Positions 43,573 through 53,493 of a DNA stretch of 64,000 nt are shown in pieces. The translations under genes were made by a program, and so were the position numbers. How positions within the stretch are numbered: the stretch's first letter is position 1; the number at the start of each line of letters is the position of its first letter. The notes beneath the pieces were generated by a model that ran no database searches, had not been told where the DNA came from, and worked only from the letters and a program-made list of their open reading frames with translations. The stretch lies in contig CAZCFO010000002.1 of the NCBI GenBank assembly GCA_964497975.1, positions 115,768 to 179,767 on the forward strand, in the 5' to 3' direction. The stretch comes from an uncultured Candidatus Peribacteria bacterium. GTDB lineage: Bacteria; Patescibacteriota; Gracilibacteria; Peribacterales; Peribacteraceae.

Positions 43573-46011
43573 ATGACGGAGGCGGAAGTGAAGGCGGCGC
43601 TCAAGAGATACTCCATCGGGCTGACCGTCGAAGAAGCGCGCAAGATCGAGACGCTTCTCGGCCGCGCCCCCACCGTCGTCGAAGCCGTCATCTGGGGGAT
43701 CCAGGGAAGCGAGCACTCCAGCTACAAATCGTCGCGGCGGTTTTTGAAGATGTTCCCGGTCACCGGCAAGCATGTGATCCTCGGACCCAAAGAAGACAGC
43801 GGCATCGTGGCGTTGACTGACGGACCTCAGGGAAAACGCTGGGGTATCGTCGTATCGCACGAATCGCACAATCACCCCTCGCAGATCGTGCCGTTCGAAG
43901 GCGCCGCGACCGGTGTGGGGGGAACGGTCCGCGATGTCGCCTGCATGGGCGCGCGCGTGGTGGGGTGCATGGACCTCCTGCGGCTCGGCGACCTGAAAGC
44001 CCCGGAGACCCGCAGCATCGCGAAGGAAGTGATGCGCGGCATCGGCGGCTATGGCAACCCGCTCGGCGTGCCCAACCTGGGAGGCGACACGGTTTTTGAC
44101 GCGGGATTCAACAGCAACTGCCTGGTCAACGCGATCGCCATCGGCATCATCCGCGAAGACGAGGTGATCCACAGCGAAGTGCCGGAGGAGGCGGCCAAGG
44201 AAGGGTACGACATCATCCTCATCGGCAAGCCGACGGACCGCAGCGGCTTCGGCGGGGCGGCCTTCGCGAGTATTTCGATGGAAGAGGACAAGAAGGAGCA
44301 GAACAGCGGCGCCGTCCAGGAGCCCAATCCCTTCCTCGAGCGCCACATTCTCATCTCCACGTACGCGCTCTTCGACTGGCTGGCGGCGTCGGGCAATCTT
44401 CACCGCGTGAGCTTCAAGGACCTCGGTGCCGGTGGCGTCGTGTGCGCCACGGTCGAGCAGGTCGCCGGCCGCGATTACGGGGCGGATGTGGAGCTCACGA
44501 AGGTCCACACGTCCATTGCGGGGCTTCCTCCGGAGGTGATCGCCTGCGCCGAGACCCAGGAGCGCTTTTGCTGGATGTGCCACCCGGATCTGACCCGGAA
44601 GATCCTCTCGCACTACAACGACGACTGGGATCTCCCCAGTGTCGCCGAACACGCCCGTGCGAGCGTCATCGGCAAAGTGAATGCGAGCGGCGTGTACCAC
44701 CTGACGCACGGCGGCGTGACCGTCTGCAAGGCGCGCTCCCAGGATATCACGAGCGGCCTTCTCTACACGCGTCCCACGAAGCTCGAGGAAACGCCGACGC
44801 CCGAGCCGCAGATCTCGTGCACCGATGCGGGAGCGATCTCCATCGGTTCCTTTACGACGACGGTTTCCGAGGTGCTGCGGGCCATGCTCGCCCACCCCAA
44901 TCATGCATCCAAGTCCCGCGTCTTCCGGCACTTCGACAAATCCGTCATCGGCAACACGATCGTCGACGCCGGGGAATCCGACGCTTCGGTCATCATGCCG
45001 CTGCGGGACCTGCAATCGTATCTGCCGGGAGGATCGCATCCCGGCTGGGAGCTTGCCCCGGCAGAGGAATTCACGGGCGCCGCGTTCGCGGGCGACGGCA
45101 ATCCGCGCTACGGCCGCATTTCCGCCTACGAGCAGGGACGCCTGGCGGCGCTCGAGTCGATGATGAACGTCGCCGCCTGCGGCGCGGTCCCCCGCGCGCT
45201 CACCGACTGCCTCAATTACGGCAACCCCGAAATCCCCGCCCAGCTGGCCTCGCTGGAAGAAGGTGTCCGCGGCATCAGCGACGCGGCGCGGACGGTGACC
45301 TTCGCGGGCGAATGCGTTCCGGTGATTTCGGGCAACGTCAGCCTCTACAACTCCGTTCCGGGAGGAGGCTCCATTCCCCCGTCGGCGATCGTCTGCTGCA
45401 TCGGCGCGATGCCGGACGCGAGGAAGGCCGTCACGATGCAGATCAAGCGGCCCCATTCGACGCTCTACCTGATCGGCGACCGGAAGGATGAATGCGGCGG
45501 TTCCGCGTACTACGAGGTTCTGGAACAGATGGCCGGTGCGGCGCGCGATGCGTTTTTGGGATCGTGCCTCCCACGGCCGGACGCCAAAGTCCTCGCGAAG
45601 CAGATGCAGCTCGTCATCGATGCCGCGCGGGACGGCCTTGCGCTCTCGTGCCACGACGTCAGCGACGGCGGCCTGCTGCTGGCGTTGTTCGAAATGCTCA
45701 TGCCGCAGCGGAAAACAGGCGGTGTATTCGGCGCAACGGTGGATATCGAGGCTCTGGCGCGCGCCCTTTCGGTCGATCGCGTGCTGTTCTCGCAGACGCC
45801 CGGCTTCGTCGTGGAGGTTGCCGGTGAACACACGGTCGCCTTCATGAACCTCGCCCGGCTTAACGGGATCATGCCGGTCCGCCTCGGCATGGTGGATGAT
45901 TCGGGCGTGCTCAAGGTCTCCTCCGGCCCGAAGCTGATCATCGATGCAAAATTAACGGACCTTCGCGGTGTTTGGGAGTCGACGCTCGAACAGATGCTCG
46001 ACCGCCGCTGA
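43573..46011 (+). CDS. purL: phosphoribosylformylglycinamidine synthase subunit PurL
   Basis: EAVIWGIQGSEHSSYKSS, SHESHNHPSQ, GGTVRDV. 812 aa from the ATG at 43573. Confidence 0.9.
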   Translation: MTEAEVKAALKRYSIGLTVEEARKIETLLGRAPTVVEAVIWGIQGSEHSSYKSSRRFLKMFPVTGKHVILGPKEDSGIVALTDGPQGKRWGIVVSHESHNHPSQIVPFEGAATGVGGTVRDVACMGARVVGCMDLLRLGDLKAPETRSIAKEVMRGIGGYGNPLGVPNLGGDTVFDAGFNSNCLVNAIAIGIIREDEVIHSEVPEEAAKEGYDIILIGKPTDRSGFGGAAFASISMEEDKKEQNSGAVQEPNPFLERHILISTYALFDWLAASGNLHRVSFKDLGAGGVVCATVEQVAGRDYGADVELTKVHTSIAGLPPEVIACAETQERFCWMCHPDLTRKILSHYNDDWDLPSVAEHARASVIGKVNASGVYHLTHGGVTVCKARSQDITSGLLYTRPTKLEETPTPEPQISCTDAGAISIGSFTTTVSEVLRAMLAHPNHASKSRVFRHFDKSVIGNTIVDAGESDASVIMPLRDLQSYLPGGSHPGWELAPAEEFTGAAFAGDGNPRYGRISAYEQGRLAALESMMNVAACGAVPRALTDCLNYGNPEIPAQLASLEEGVRGISDAARTVTFAGECVPVISGNVSLYNSVPGGGSIPPSAIVCCIGAMPDARKAVTMQIKRPHSTLYLIGDRKDECGGSAYYEVLEQMAGAARDAFLGSCLPRPDAKVLAKQMQLVIDAARDGLALSCHDVSDGGLLLALFEMLMPQRKTGGVFGATVDIEALARALSVDRVLFSQTPGFVVEVAGEHTVAFMNLARLNGIMPVRLGMVDDSGVLKVSSGPKLIIDAKLTDLRGVWESTLEQMLDRR

Positions 46012-46090
46012 CGCGTCTGCGCTTGCGGGGAATGGAAAATGGGGCGCAAAATTCTGGCCGACCTGGCGCTGGCGCCTCTAGACTTCCGGC

Positions 46091-47377
46091 ATGCACACAC
46101 CACTCCGACGCCTGAGCATGACGCTCGCATCCACTCTTCTGCTTCTTCAGTCCCCGCTTTCGGCGGTCGCGCAGGAGGAGCAAACAGCGCCTCCGTCCGG
46201 CAATGTCCGGATCGAGCAGACCAGCGACATCGAGGCGATGGGCGTCTGGACGCTCCTCAAGCCCAACCACGAATCTTTCGAGCGCACCGACACGACGCTG
46301 GACGTTCCGGGCCTCGCCCCCGGCCAGTATTCGTTTTTCGCCACGCCGCCGCAGGGCACCACGACGCATATCGACCTGTATCTCGGGGATGACGTCATCA
46401 AGTCCTCCGATACGCCGCAGATCACCTTCGATATCGCCGACAAGATGTCGCTTCGGCTGGTTGTGAAGTATTCCCTCACCGTCTTCGGAAAAATCGGCGT
46501 CAGCAGCGAGCCGCCCGGCATGCCGTTCACTCTTCGGGGACCGGATGGTTTCGTGGAGATCGGCGTCACTCCCGTCGAATTCCCCAAAATGCCGATCGGC
46601 AATTACAGCGTGACGTACCGGCCCGACGGGTGCCCCCAGCCCCCCGACAAGGCGGGGCTGCTGCAGAGCGAGGACCGCGTCGATTTCAACGTGCAGATCG
46701 TCTGCAAGACGTTCCGGCCCGCGGAGGAATCGACGAAGCCGAAAACCGTCAGCACCCAGATGAACGGCAAGACCGTCGAATTCACCGACGTCCCGGCGAG
46801 CGCCTGGTTCGCGCCGTACGTGTCGACCATCTCCAACCGGAAAATCATGCTCGGCTACGTGAACAGCGACGGTACTCCGAGCGGGAAGTTCGGGCCCGGC
46901 GACCACGTCACTCTCGCCCAGCTCGCGAAAGTCGCCCATCTTCTCATGCGGATCGACGAACAGGCGGTCAAAGGCGCGCCGCTCAACCCCCTCGCGCGGG
47001 GCCAGTGGTTCACCCGGTACGTGGCCTCCGCGGAGGACCGCGGCTGGATGGTCTTCGCCGACGGCTCGGTGGACCCCAACCGCGCCGCAACGCGCGGCGA
47101 GGTCGTCGTCACGCTGCTCCAGGCGCTCGATATCCCGATGAACTGGCCGACGGGAGAGTCGTTCACCGACGTGCTGCGCAGGACGCCCTACGCGGGTGCG
47201 ATCGAGACGTTGGCGGCCGAGGGCATTGTCAGCGGACAGATGGGGGGCGACGGCAAGCCCACGGGCCTCTTTCACCCCGATTCACCCATCACGCGCGCCG
47301 AGATCGCCAAGATCGTCATCGGCGCATACGAGAAGTACCTTGATCCGGATTTGCATCCGGCGCCCAGGGATCGCTGA
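46091..47377 (+). CDS. secreted protein with an N-terminal beta-rich region and three C-terminal SLH domains
   Basis: Signal peptide MHTPLRRLSMTLASTLLLLQSPLSAVA. SLH-like FTDVPASAWFAPYV, RGQWFTRYVASA..NRAATRGEVV and FTDVLRRTPYAGAIETL...ITRAEIAKIV. Confidence 0.7.
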   Translation: MHTPLRRLSMTLASTLLLLQSPLSAVAQEEQTAPPSGNVRIEQTSDIEAMGVWTLLKPNHESFERTDTTLDVPGLAPGQYSFFATPPQGTTTHIDLYLGDDVIKSSDTPQITFDIADKMSLRLVVKYSLTVFGKIGVSSEPPGMPFTLRGPDGFVEIGVTPVEFPKMPIGNYSVTYRPDGCPQPPDKAGLLQSEDRVDFNVQIVCKTFRPAEESTKPKTVSTQMNGKTVEFTDVPASAWFAPYVSTISNRKIMLGYVNSDGTPSGKFGPGDHVTLAQLAKVAHLLMRIDEQAVKGAPLNPLARGQWFTRYVASAEDRGWMVFADGSVDPNRAATRGEVVVTLLQALDIPMNWPTGESFTDVLRRTPYAGAIETLAAEGIVSGQMGGDGKPTGLFHPDSPITRAEIAKIVIGAYEKYLDPDLHPAPRDR

Positions 47378-47422
47378 CAGGCCCGTGTCATAGTCCGAGG
47401 CTCGGCCTGATGGCCTCGCACC

Positions 47423-48706
47423 TCACTGTGACACCAGCTTCCCGGCCAGATCGGTGATATCCCCTGCCCCCATGCAGACGAGTACGTCGCCCGCACGGAG
47501 GATGTCCGTGCGGAGGATCTTCTCGGCCTCCGCAAGCGAGCGTCCGTTGACGAAACGCACCCCGCTCGCCGCGGCGACGTCGTTGCCGAACGCCTCCACG
47601 TCCACGCGCGTCGATTCGATGTCCTTCCGCGCTTCATAGATATTCGGGATGACCACGGTGTCGATGCCGGAGAACGAGCGAGTGAATTCGTCGTACATCT
47701 TCACCGTGCGGTCGTGCGTGTGCGGCTGGAAGACGCAGATGATGCGCCGCCCCGGATACGCGCCGATGATCGCATCGAGCGACGCGCGGATCTCGACCGG
47801 GTGATGCGCATAGTCGTCGATCACAGGGATGTCTCCGAATGAGCCTTTCAGCTCCAGGCGGCGCCAGCTTCCCGCGTATCCCCCCACGGCCGCTTCCGCC
47901 TGCTTGGCGGGTACGCCCAGGTGCCCGGCCAGCGCCAGCACGAGTTGCGCGTTCCGCTGCATGTGGGTGCCCGGCGTGCGGAGGGCGATCATGGGGAAAA
48001 CATCGGCGTCGATCGTGCGTCTGCCGGCGGCGCGGGCAACCGCGGCGCAGTCGGGATCCGACAGGTGCGTGATCAGGACGCCGTCCTGCGGAAGCTGCCC
48101 GATGAAGCGCACGAACGCGGCGCGATAGTCCTCCGGAGTCTTGTAGAAATCGAAATGGTCCCCGTCGCAGTTGGTCATCAGAATCACCGTCGGATGGTAA
48201 TTATGGAAGGAATGACGGTATTCGCACGCTTCCAGAAGAAACGTTCCGTTGGGCCGGCCCGTCCTCCAGTTCCGTCCCCCGAGCTCCTGGATCTTGGTGC
48301 CGATAACGACCGTCGGCTCGCGGCCGCTGTGCATCAGCAGACGCGCAGCCATGCCCGTGGTGGAGGACTTTCCGTGCGTGCCGCAGACGGCGATCACCGC
48401 TGCATGGCCGGCGCTGAGGTTTCCCAGCGCCTCCGGATACGACTGCTGGGGAATGCCCAGCTCCTTCGCGCGCCTGCGCTCCGGCGCATCGGCGGGAATG
48501 GCCTCGGAATACACGAAGAGCTGCGCGTCGGCGGGAACCGCCGAACCCAACTGGTCCACATGCACGGTGATTCCCTGCGCCCGGAGGTCGTCGATGAGCG
48601 CGCTGCCGTTCCTGTCGCTTCCGCTGATCTCATTGCCCGCGGCGCGCTGCAGCGATGCATACGCGGAGAGTCCAATTCCCCCGATCCCTGAACAGTAGAT
48701 TTTCAT
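47423..48706 (-). CDS. murC: UDP-N-acetylmuramate--L-alanine ligase
   Basis: GIGGIGLSAYA, CGTHGKSSTTGM, DDYAHHP. Confidence 0.9.
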   Translation of the reverse strand: MKIYCSGIGGIGLSAYASLQRAAGNEISGSDRNGSALIDDLRAQGITVHVDQLGSAVPADAQLFVYSEAIPADAPERRRAKELGIPQQSYPEALGNLSAGHAAVIAVCGTHGKSSTTGMAARLLMHSGREPTVVIGTKIQELGGRNWRTGRPNGTFLLEACEYRHSFHNYHPTVILMTNCDGDHFDFYKTPEDYRAAFVRFIGQLPQDGVLITHLSDPDCAAVARAAGRRTIDADVFPMIALRTPGTHMQRNAQLVLALAGHLGVPAKQAEAAVGGYAGSWRRLELKGSFGDIPVIDDYAHHPVEIRASLDAIIGAYPGRRIICVFQPHTHDRTVKMYDEFTRSFSGIDTVVIPNIYEARKDIESTRVDVEAFGNDVAAASGVRFVNGRSLAEAEKILRTDILRAGDVLVCMGAGDITDLAGKLVSQ

Positions 48707-48745
48707 GGCGGCAGTAGTATAGAACCGTTATAACCGGCTGACGAC

Positions 48746-48809
48746 GAATTATGAATTATGAATCAGGAAGATTTTCCCGCAAGTATTCATGATTCATGAT
48801 TCACAATTC
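48746..48809. repeat. long imperfect palindrome of ATGAAT words in a divergent promoter region
   Basis: GAATTATGAATTATGAATCA (48746-48765) matches the reverse complement of 48790-48809 (GAATTGTGAATCATGAATCA) at 18 of 20 positions, with a 24-nt loop. Confidence 0.55.
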
Positions 48810-48848
48810 ATATTATGTTCTCCGTCTGCTTCCACTATTCTTCGATCC

Positions 48849-49295
48849 ATGCCGTATAAAGACCTAGAGCCGATCAGCAAGCAGCTGACGATCGTCGTCG
48901 GCCTCACGGTCGTGGGCTTCATGGCCTTCGGTCTGATTCTCTCGTACTACCGCAACATTCTTTTCGACGAGCACCTGCTGGAAATCGCGCAGCAGAACGA
49001 GGATCTTAAAAAGCATATCGATTCCGAGCAGAGCGATCTCGATTACTACCAGTCGGTTCAGTACAAGGACAAGTACGCCAAGGAAACACTGGGCAAGCTC
49101 AGCCGCGGGGAGAAGGCGCTCATCATCATGCAGCCGTCCAGGGCTCCCGAGGTCGCCATGACCGACGGCCTTACGCCCACCGAACAGCAGCAGGCGGCCT
49201 ACGAGCAGACGCTCCGTCAGATGCCCGTCTACCAGCATTGGGAATTGTTTCTGTTGGAACGCGACCGCATTGATGAACTACGAAGAGGGCTATAA
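48849..49295 (+). CDS. FtsB/DivIC-like septum formation initiator
   Basis: Single N-terminal TM (LTIVVGLTVVGFMAFGLILSYY), a coiled-coil, then YYQSVQYKDKYAKETLGKLSRGEKALII, typical of the FtsB/DivIC C-terminus. Trimmed to the ATG at 48849. Confidence 0.55.
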   Translation: MPYKDLEPISKQLTIVVGLTVVGFMAFGLILSYYRNILFDEHLLEIAQQNEDLKKHIDSEQSDLDYYQSVQYKDKYAKETLGKLSRGEKALIIMQPSRAPEVAMTDGLTPTEQQQAAYEQTLRQMPVYQHWELFLLERDRIDELRRGL

Positions 49296-49327
49296 GCCCT
49301 CTAACGGAAGAATTGCGCGTCAATACG

Positions 49328-49405
<78 letters not shown>

Positions 49406-49438
49406 CGCGAAAAGCAGTGTGCAGGAGGAGTTTTGCTC

Positions 49439-49466
49439 TTGCAAGCAGGAAAAACGTGTCTACAAT
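49439..49466 (+). promoter_or_regulatory. putative promoter of rpmA (TTGCAA-16-TACAAT)
   Basis: Hexamers at 49439-49444 and 49461-49466, with only 9 nt between the -10 box and the ATG at 49476. Confidence 0.4.
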
Positions 49467-49475
49467 GCCTCCGCT

Positions 49476-49766
49476 ATGGCACATAAAAAGGCCGGTGGGT
49501 CTACACAGAACGGGCGCGACAGTCGGGCGAAACGCCGCGGCGTAAAACGCTTCGGAGGCCAGAAGGTCCGCGCAGGCGAGATCCTGATCCGCCAGAAAGG
49601 ATACTGGTACATGCCCGGGAAGAACACGCACCTCGGCAGCGACTGGACCATTCACTCCGATATCGACGGCGTCGTCTGCTTCGCGCAGAAGCGCAAGCTG
49701 AAGTTCAACGGCAGCCGCCAGCGCAGCACCGTGATCTTCGTGGAGCCGGTCGCCGCCGCGAAATAG
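49476..49766 (+). CDS. rpmA: 50S ribosomal protein L27
   Basis: [29 protein letters not shown]. Trimmed from track ORF 49368.., which overlaps the tRNA. Confidence 0.9.
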   Translation: MAHKKAGGSTQNGRDSRAKRRGVKRFGGQKVRAGEILIRQKGYWYMPGKNTHLGSDWTIHSDIDGVVCFAQKRKLKFNGSRQRSTVIFVEPVAAAK

Positions 49767-49828
49767 CCTCTTCGGTCTCCCGGATTCTTCGGTTTCCATG
49801 AGTCCGGAGCTTTCTGTACCATACCGCC

Positions 49829-50533
49829 ATGTCCGAGACGGGAATTGATATCGGCATGCCCGGCGAGGGGCAATCGGGAGCCCCCGAGCAGCTGAGCGAG
49901 GACGCCAAGCAGCGGTTTGCGGCCGCCGCGGCCGCGATGATGCAGATCCAGCGCGAGGAGAAGCGCAGCAAAAAGCGCGACTCCCGGGTGGCGCGGACGA
50001 TCATCCAGTTTTTGAATGATGACCGGTATGCACACCTCTTTGTGCTGATTTCCCGCCTGGTCGCGCGCGACTGCCCGTCGGTCTTCATTCTCGCGATCCT
50101 GTCTCTCGTGAATGAGGAATGCCGCACCGTCGTGAAGGAATACCTCCAGGAGGTGAAAGCGGAGATGAAGGAGGCGACCGCCGGCAAGGTCAGCGACGAT
50201 CTGCAGGTCATGGACGATGACACGGTCGGCGCCGAAACGAACGGCATCCTCATCTCCTGGATCACGCGCATGCAGATGGTCATGGCGCTCGACGCGCAGA
50301 CGATCCTGAAAAAACTCATGGTCGACCATCAGAACATCGACGGAACGGTGCTGCAGCTGGCCACGTTCGTGCTGCAGGAATTTTTCCGCTCTCCCGACGG
50401 CGGAGGCCGCAGCGCCCCATTTGAATCGCTCCAGGGCCTGACGATCAGCATCCTGCAGACGGTCTTCGAGCCGTTCCTGGATACGGTGCAGCTGCCCGCA
50501 AAGGAGAAAGACGATGACGAGGAGGACGACTAG
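49829..50533 (+). CDS. hypothetical protein with an acidic C-terminus
   Basis: 234-aa protein-like ORF. The competing minus-strand ORFs are Arg/Pro/His-rich artefacts. Confidence 0.5.
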   Translation: MSETGIDIGMPGEGQSGAPEQLSEDAKQRFAAAAAAMMQIQREEKRSKKRDSRVARTIIQFLNDDRYAHLFVLISRLVARDCPSVFILAILSLVNEECRTVVKEYLQEVKAEMKEATAGKVSDDLQVMDDDTVGAETNGILISWITRMQMVMALDAQTILKKLMVDHQNIDGTVLQLATFVLQEFFRSPDGGGRSAPFESLQGLTISILQTVFEPFLDTVQLPAKEKDDDEEDD

Positions 50534-51087
50534 GCCGCGTATTTCCGGAACGGGAAATCCTGCAGGGGCGTCTGCACGATGCCGTTCACTTTTGCGTAGA
50601 GCCGCAGATGATCGACGGACAGGGATACATCGGCGCCGGACAGCAGTTTCATGATCTTCTTTTTGTGGACGGCGAACCGCTGGGGGTGTTTGATGCGCGC
50701 GAGCGTGACGTGCGGGCTGAACGGCTCGATATTCGGCCAGGGGCATCGCTTCTTCAGGCGTGCCAGCTCCTCGCTGAACGGCACGCTCAGGTACAGGACC
50801 CGGTCTTCGCCGCGCGAACCGTAGGTGGCGGCGCCCTGGATCTTCAATGTGAAGGGCTCCGACGTATCGGCGATTTTTTTGCATTGCGGAACGATCTGGC
50901 AATACTCGATCTCCATCACTTCCTTCCAGAATTGCAGGGTCAGGTGGGGAGTTTCGGGGCTCTGAAACCGCAGGATATCCCCGTACTCGGACAGCCTGCC
51001 CTGGAGATCAGCGAACAGCTCACGCACCGACTTTTCGAGTGGCAGAGCCACGAATGCGGACCGGAGAGGGAAACTGATTTGCGGCAT
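50530..51087 (-). CDS. thpR: RNA 2',3'-cyclic phosphodiesterase (2H family, ThpR/LigT)
   Basis: Two H-x-T-x motifs, HLTLQF and HVTLAR. ATG at 51087 preferred over the TTG track start at 51093. Confidence 0.8.
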   Translation of the reverse strand: MPQISFPLRSAFVALPLEKSVRELFADLQGRLSEYGDILRFQSPETPHLTLQFWKEVMEIEYCQIVPQCKKIADTSEPFTLKIQGAATYGSRGEDRVLYLSVPFSEELARLKKRCPWPNIEPFSPHVTLARIKHPQRFAVHKKKIMKLLSGADVSLSVDHLRLYAKVNGIVQTPLQDFPFRKYAA

Positions 51088-51113
51088 TGCCAAAAGACTA
51101 TCACTCTCTGCGC

Positions 51114-51698
51114 ATGCCCAAGAAGAAAGCCCCGGAATCAGAGACGCTTTCCCACCTTCCCCCCGCCGACCGGCTGTTCCTGAAGATCAGCGAAGCGAAT
51201 CCGGAGATCATCCTCTCGCTTGCGGAGAATCCGGTGCCCCGGGCCGTGGAAGAACGTGAAGGAATGGTCCGGTTGTGGCTGAAGGGCCTTATTACTTCAG
51301 GACGGGAGCTCCCGAAAGGATATGAGCGCACGGTGCAGAGGCTTGCCGCCGAGATTTTCGGAAGGCTGAAGGGAACAAACCTGTTGGGACAGCGTGGTAC
51401 CGCCGACATGCTGCAGAAACGGTACGTGGATGTCTGCAAGGCCGCGCGGGAAGAGTTGCGTGATCGGGTGATGCAGCTCCTGTCCACTGTGGACGACCAA
51501 AAAGATCCCGATGCCCAGGAAAAGGAAGATGTGGAGGAAAAGCCTGAACCGGATGAAGCTTCTCCTGCGGAGTCAGCCGTGGAATCTCCTCATCCGAAGA
51601 GCGAGTCCGTCGAACAGCCCCCCAAGCGCGGGCCAGGGCGCCCAAGAAAGAATCCGGCCCCTAGCGTTTCAGAACAGCAAGAAACGCTTCCTGACTGA
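51114..51698 (+). CDS. hypothetical protein with an acidic/Pro-rich tail and an AT-hook-like motif
   Basis: Only plausible ORF in this gap. KRGPGRPRKNP near the C-terminus. ATG at 51114 chosen because the TTG at 51087 would overlap the thpR start. The 3' end overlaps the lepA 3' end by 38 nt. Confidence 0.4.
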   Translation: MPKKKAPESETLSHLPPADRLFLKISEANPEIILSLAENPVPRAVEEREGMVRLWLKGLITSGRELPKGYERTVQRLAAEIFGRLKGTNLLGQRGTADMLQKRYVDVCKAAREELRDRVMQLLSTVDDQKDPDAQEKEDVEEKPEPDEASPAESAVESPHPKSESVEQPPKRGPGRPRKNPAPSVSEQQETLPD

Positions 51699-53475
51699 GA
51701 TTCACTTTGCCCATCATCTTCATCCGCTTCTTGCCCTTCTTCTGCTTGTCGAGGAGCTTGTTCTTGCGCGTCACGTCGCCGCCGTAGAGGTAGCCCGTGA
51801 CGTCCTTGCGCAGAGCGGACACCGTTTCGCGGGCGACGATCTTTCCGCCGATGGCGGCCTGGATGGCGATGGGGAACTGCGCCTTGGGCAGCACTTCCTT
51901 AAGCTGCTTGCAGATGACCATGCCGACGTCATGGGCCTCGGACCGGTGCACGATCGTGCTGAGCGCGTCGGACGGCTCGCCCATCAACAGCAGGTCGAGC
52001 TTCACCAGGTCCCCGGGGCGGTACCCGAGAGCGTCGTAGCTCATGGAGGCGTAACCGGAGGTGGCGGACTTGAGGTGATCGAAGAAGTCGAGAACGATGC
52101 CCTGCAGGGGGATCTCGAATTCCAGAAGAGCCCGGTCTTCATCCAGAAAGCCCATGGCCTTGTTGAGGCCCCGCCGGTCCTGGACGAGCTTCATGCAGGC
52201 CCCGACGTCCTTCTCGCGGCAGACAATCTCCAGCTTGACCCACGGCTCCCGGATCTCGTCGATCACCGACGGATCGGGCATGTCCGCGGGATTCGAAATG
52301 CGCGCGACGTTCGGTTCGTCGGTTTTCAGGAGACTGGCGCGGACGACCTCAGCGGGGTTGCGCGAAGTCAACTTCACTTCATACAGCACGCTCGGCGCCG
52401 TGACGATCAGGTTGCAGTCGTACTCGCGCTCCAGCCGCTCCTGGACGATATCCAGGTGCAGAAGACCGAGAAAGCCGCAGCGGAAGCCGTTGCCCAAGGC
52501 GGAATTGCGCTCATGCTCCCATTGGAGCGCCGCGTCGTTGAGGGACAGCTTCTCGAGTCCTTCGCGCAGCTCCGGATAATCGTCGGCTTCGGACGGATAC
52601 AGACCGGCGAACACCATCGGCTGCACCTGCTTGTAGCCGGGCAGTGCTTCGCCACGCTCCTCGGAAGCCACCGTATCGCCCACCCGGAGATGCTTCACGT
52701 CGCGCAGGCCGCTGACGACGTAGCCGATCTGGCCGGCCCCCAGCGAGTCGTCCTGCACGTATTTCGGCGAGAAGTGTCCGACTTCCAGGACCTCGAACGG
52801 GGTCTTGGTCCCCAGCAGCCACATCTTCTGGCCCTTGGTGATCCGTCCTTCGATGACGCGGATGTAGCCGACCGCACCGCGGTACGAATCCATGATGGCA
52901 TCGAAAATCAGCGCGCGAACCGGGCCGTCCGCCGACGGATTCTTGGGCGGGGAAATGCGGTCGATGACCGCCTGCAGCACATCCGGCACTCCCCTGCCCT
53001 CCTTCGCGGAAATGAGAAGGATATCGTCTTTTTTGCATCCGACGAGCTTCATCACCTCCTCGCTCACTTTGTCGGGGTCCGCGGCGGGCAGGTCAATTTT
53101 GTTGAGAACCGGAATGATCGTCAGGTCGTGCTCAAGCGCCATGTACAGCACCGCGAGCGTCTGCGCCTGGATGCCCTGCGACGCGTCGACCAGAAGGATT
53201 GCGCCTTCGCATGCGGCGAGCGACCGGCTCACTTCGTACCGGAAGTCCGTGTGCCCGGGAGTGTCGATGAGGTTCAGCTCGATGCCCTTCCATTTCATGC
53301 GCACCGGCGTGAGCTTGATGGTGATGCCGCGCTCGCGCTCCAGATCCATCATGTCGAGGGTCTGGTCCTTCATCTCACGCTTCTGCAGAGTCCCCGTCAT
53401 TTCGATCATGCGGTCGCTCAGCGTCGACTTTCCATGATCGATATGGGCGATAATGCAAAAGTTTCTAATGTCCAT
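51661..53475 (-). CDS. lepA: translation elongation factor 4
   Basis: IRNFCIIAHIDHGKSTL, DTPGH, NKID and the C-terminal LepA-specific ...QEAFLAVLK. Confidence 0.95.
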   Translation of the reverse strand: MDIRNFCIIAHIDHGKSTLSDRMIEMTGTLQKREMKDQTLDMMDLERERGITIKLTPVRMKWKGIELNLIDTPGHTDFRYEVSRSLAACEGAILLVDASQGIQAQTLAVLYMALEHDLTIIPVLNKIDLPAADPDKVSEEVMKLVGCKKDDILLISAKEGRGVPDVLQAVIDRISPPKNPSADGPVRALIFDAIMDSYRGAVGYIRVIEGRITKGQKMWLLGTKTPFEVLEVGHFSPKYVQDDSLGAGQIGYVVSGLRDVKHLRVGDTVASEERGEALPGYKQVQPMVFAGLYPSEADDYPELREGLEKLSLNDAALQWEHERNSALGNGFRCGFLGLLHLDIVQERLEREYDCNLIVTAPSVLYEVKLTSRNPAEVVRASLLKTDEPNVARISNPADMPDPSVIDEIREPWVKLEIVCREKDVGACMKLVQDRRGLNKAMGFLDEDRALLEFEIPLQGIVLDFFDHLKSATSGYASMSYDALGYRPGDLVKLDLLLMGEPSDALSTIVHRSEAHDVGMVICKQLKEVLPKAQFPIAIQAAIGGKIVARETVSALRKDVTGYLYGGDVTRKNKLLDKQKKGKKRMKMMGKVNLSQEAFLAVLKR

Positions 53476-53493
53476 CCTCCCTATAGTAGGGCA

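Noticed and set aside
43342-45831. 829-aa ORF antisense to purL.
   Set aside because: Composition (Arg, Gly, Ala, Asp, His runs) is typical of the reverse frame of a GC-rich gene. The opposite strand carries unmistakable PurL motifs.
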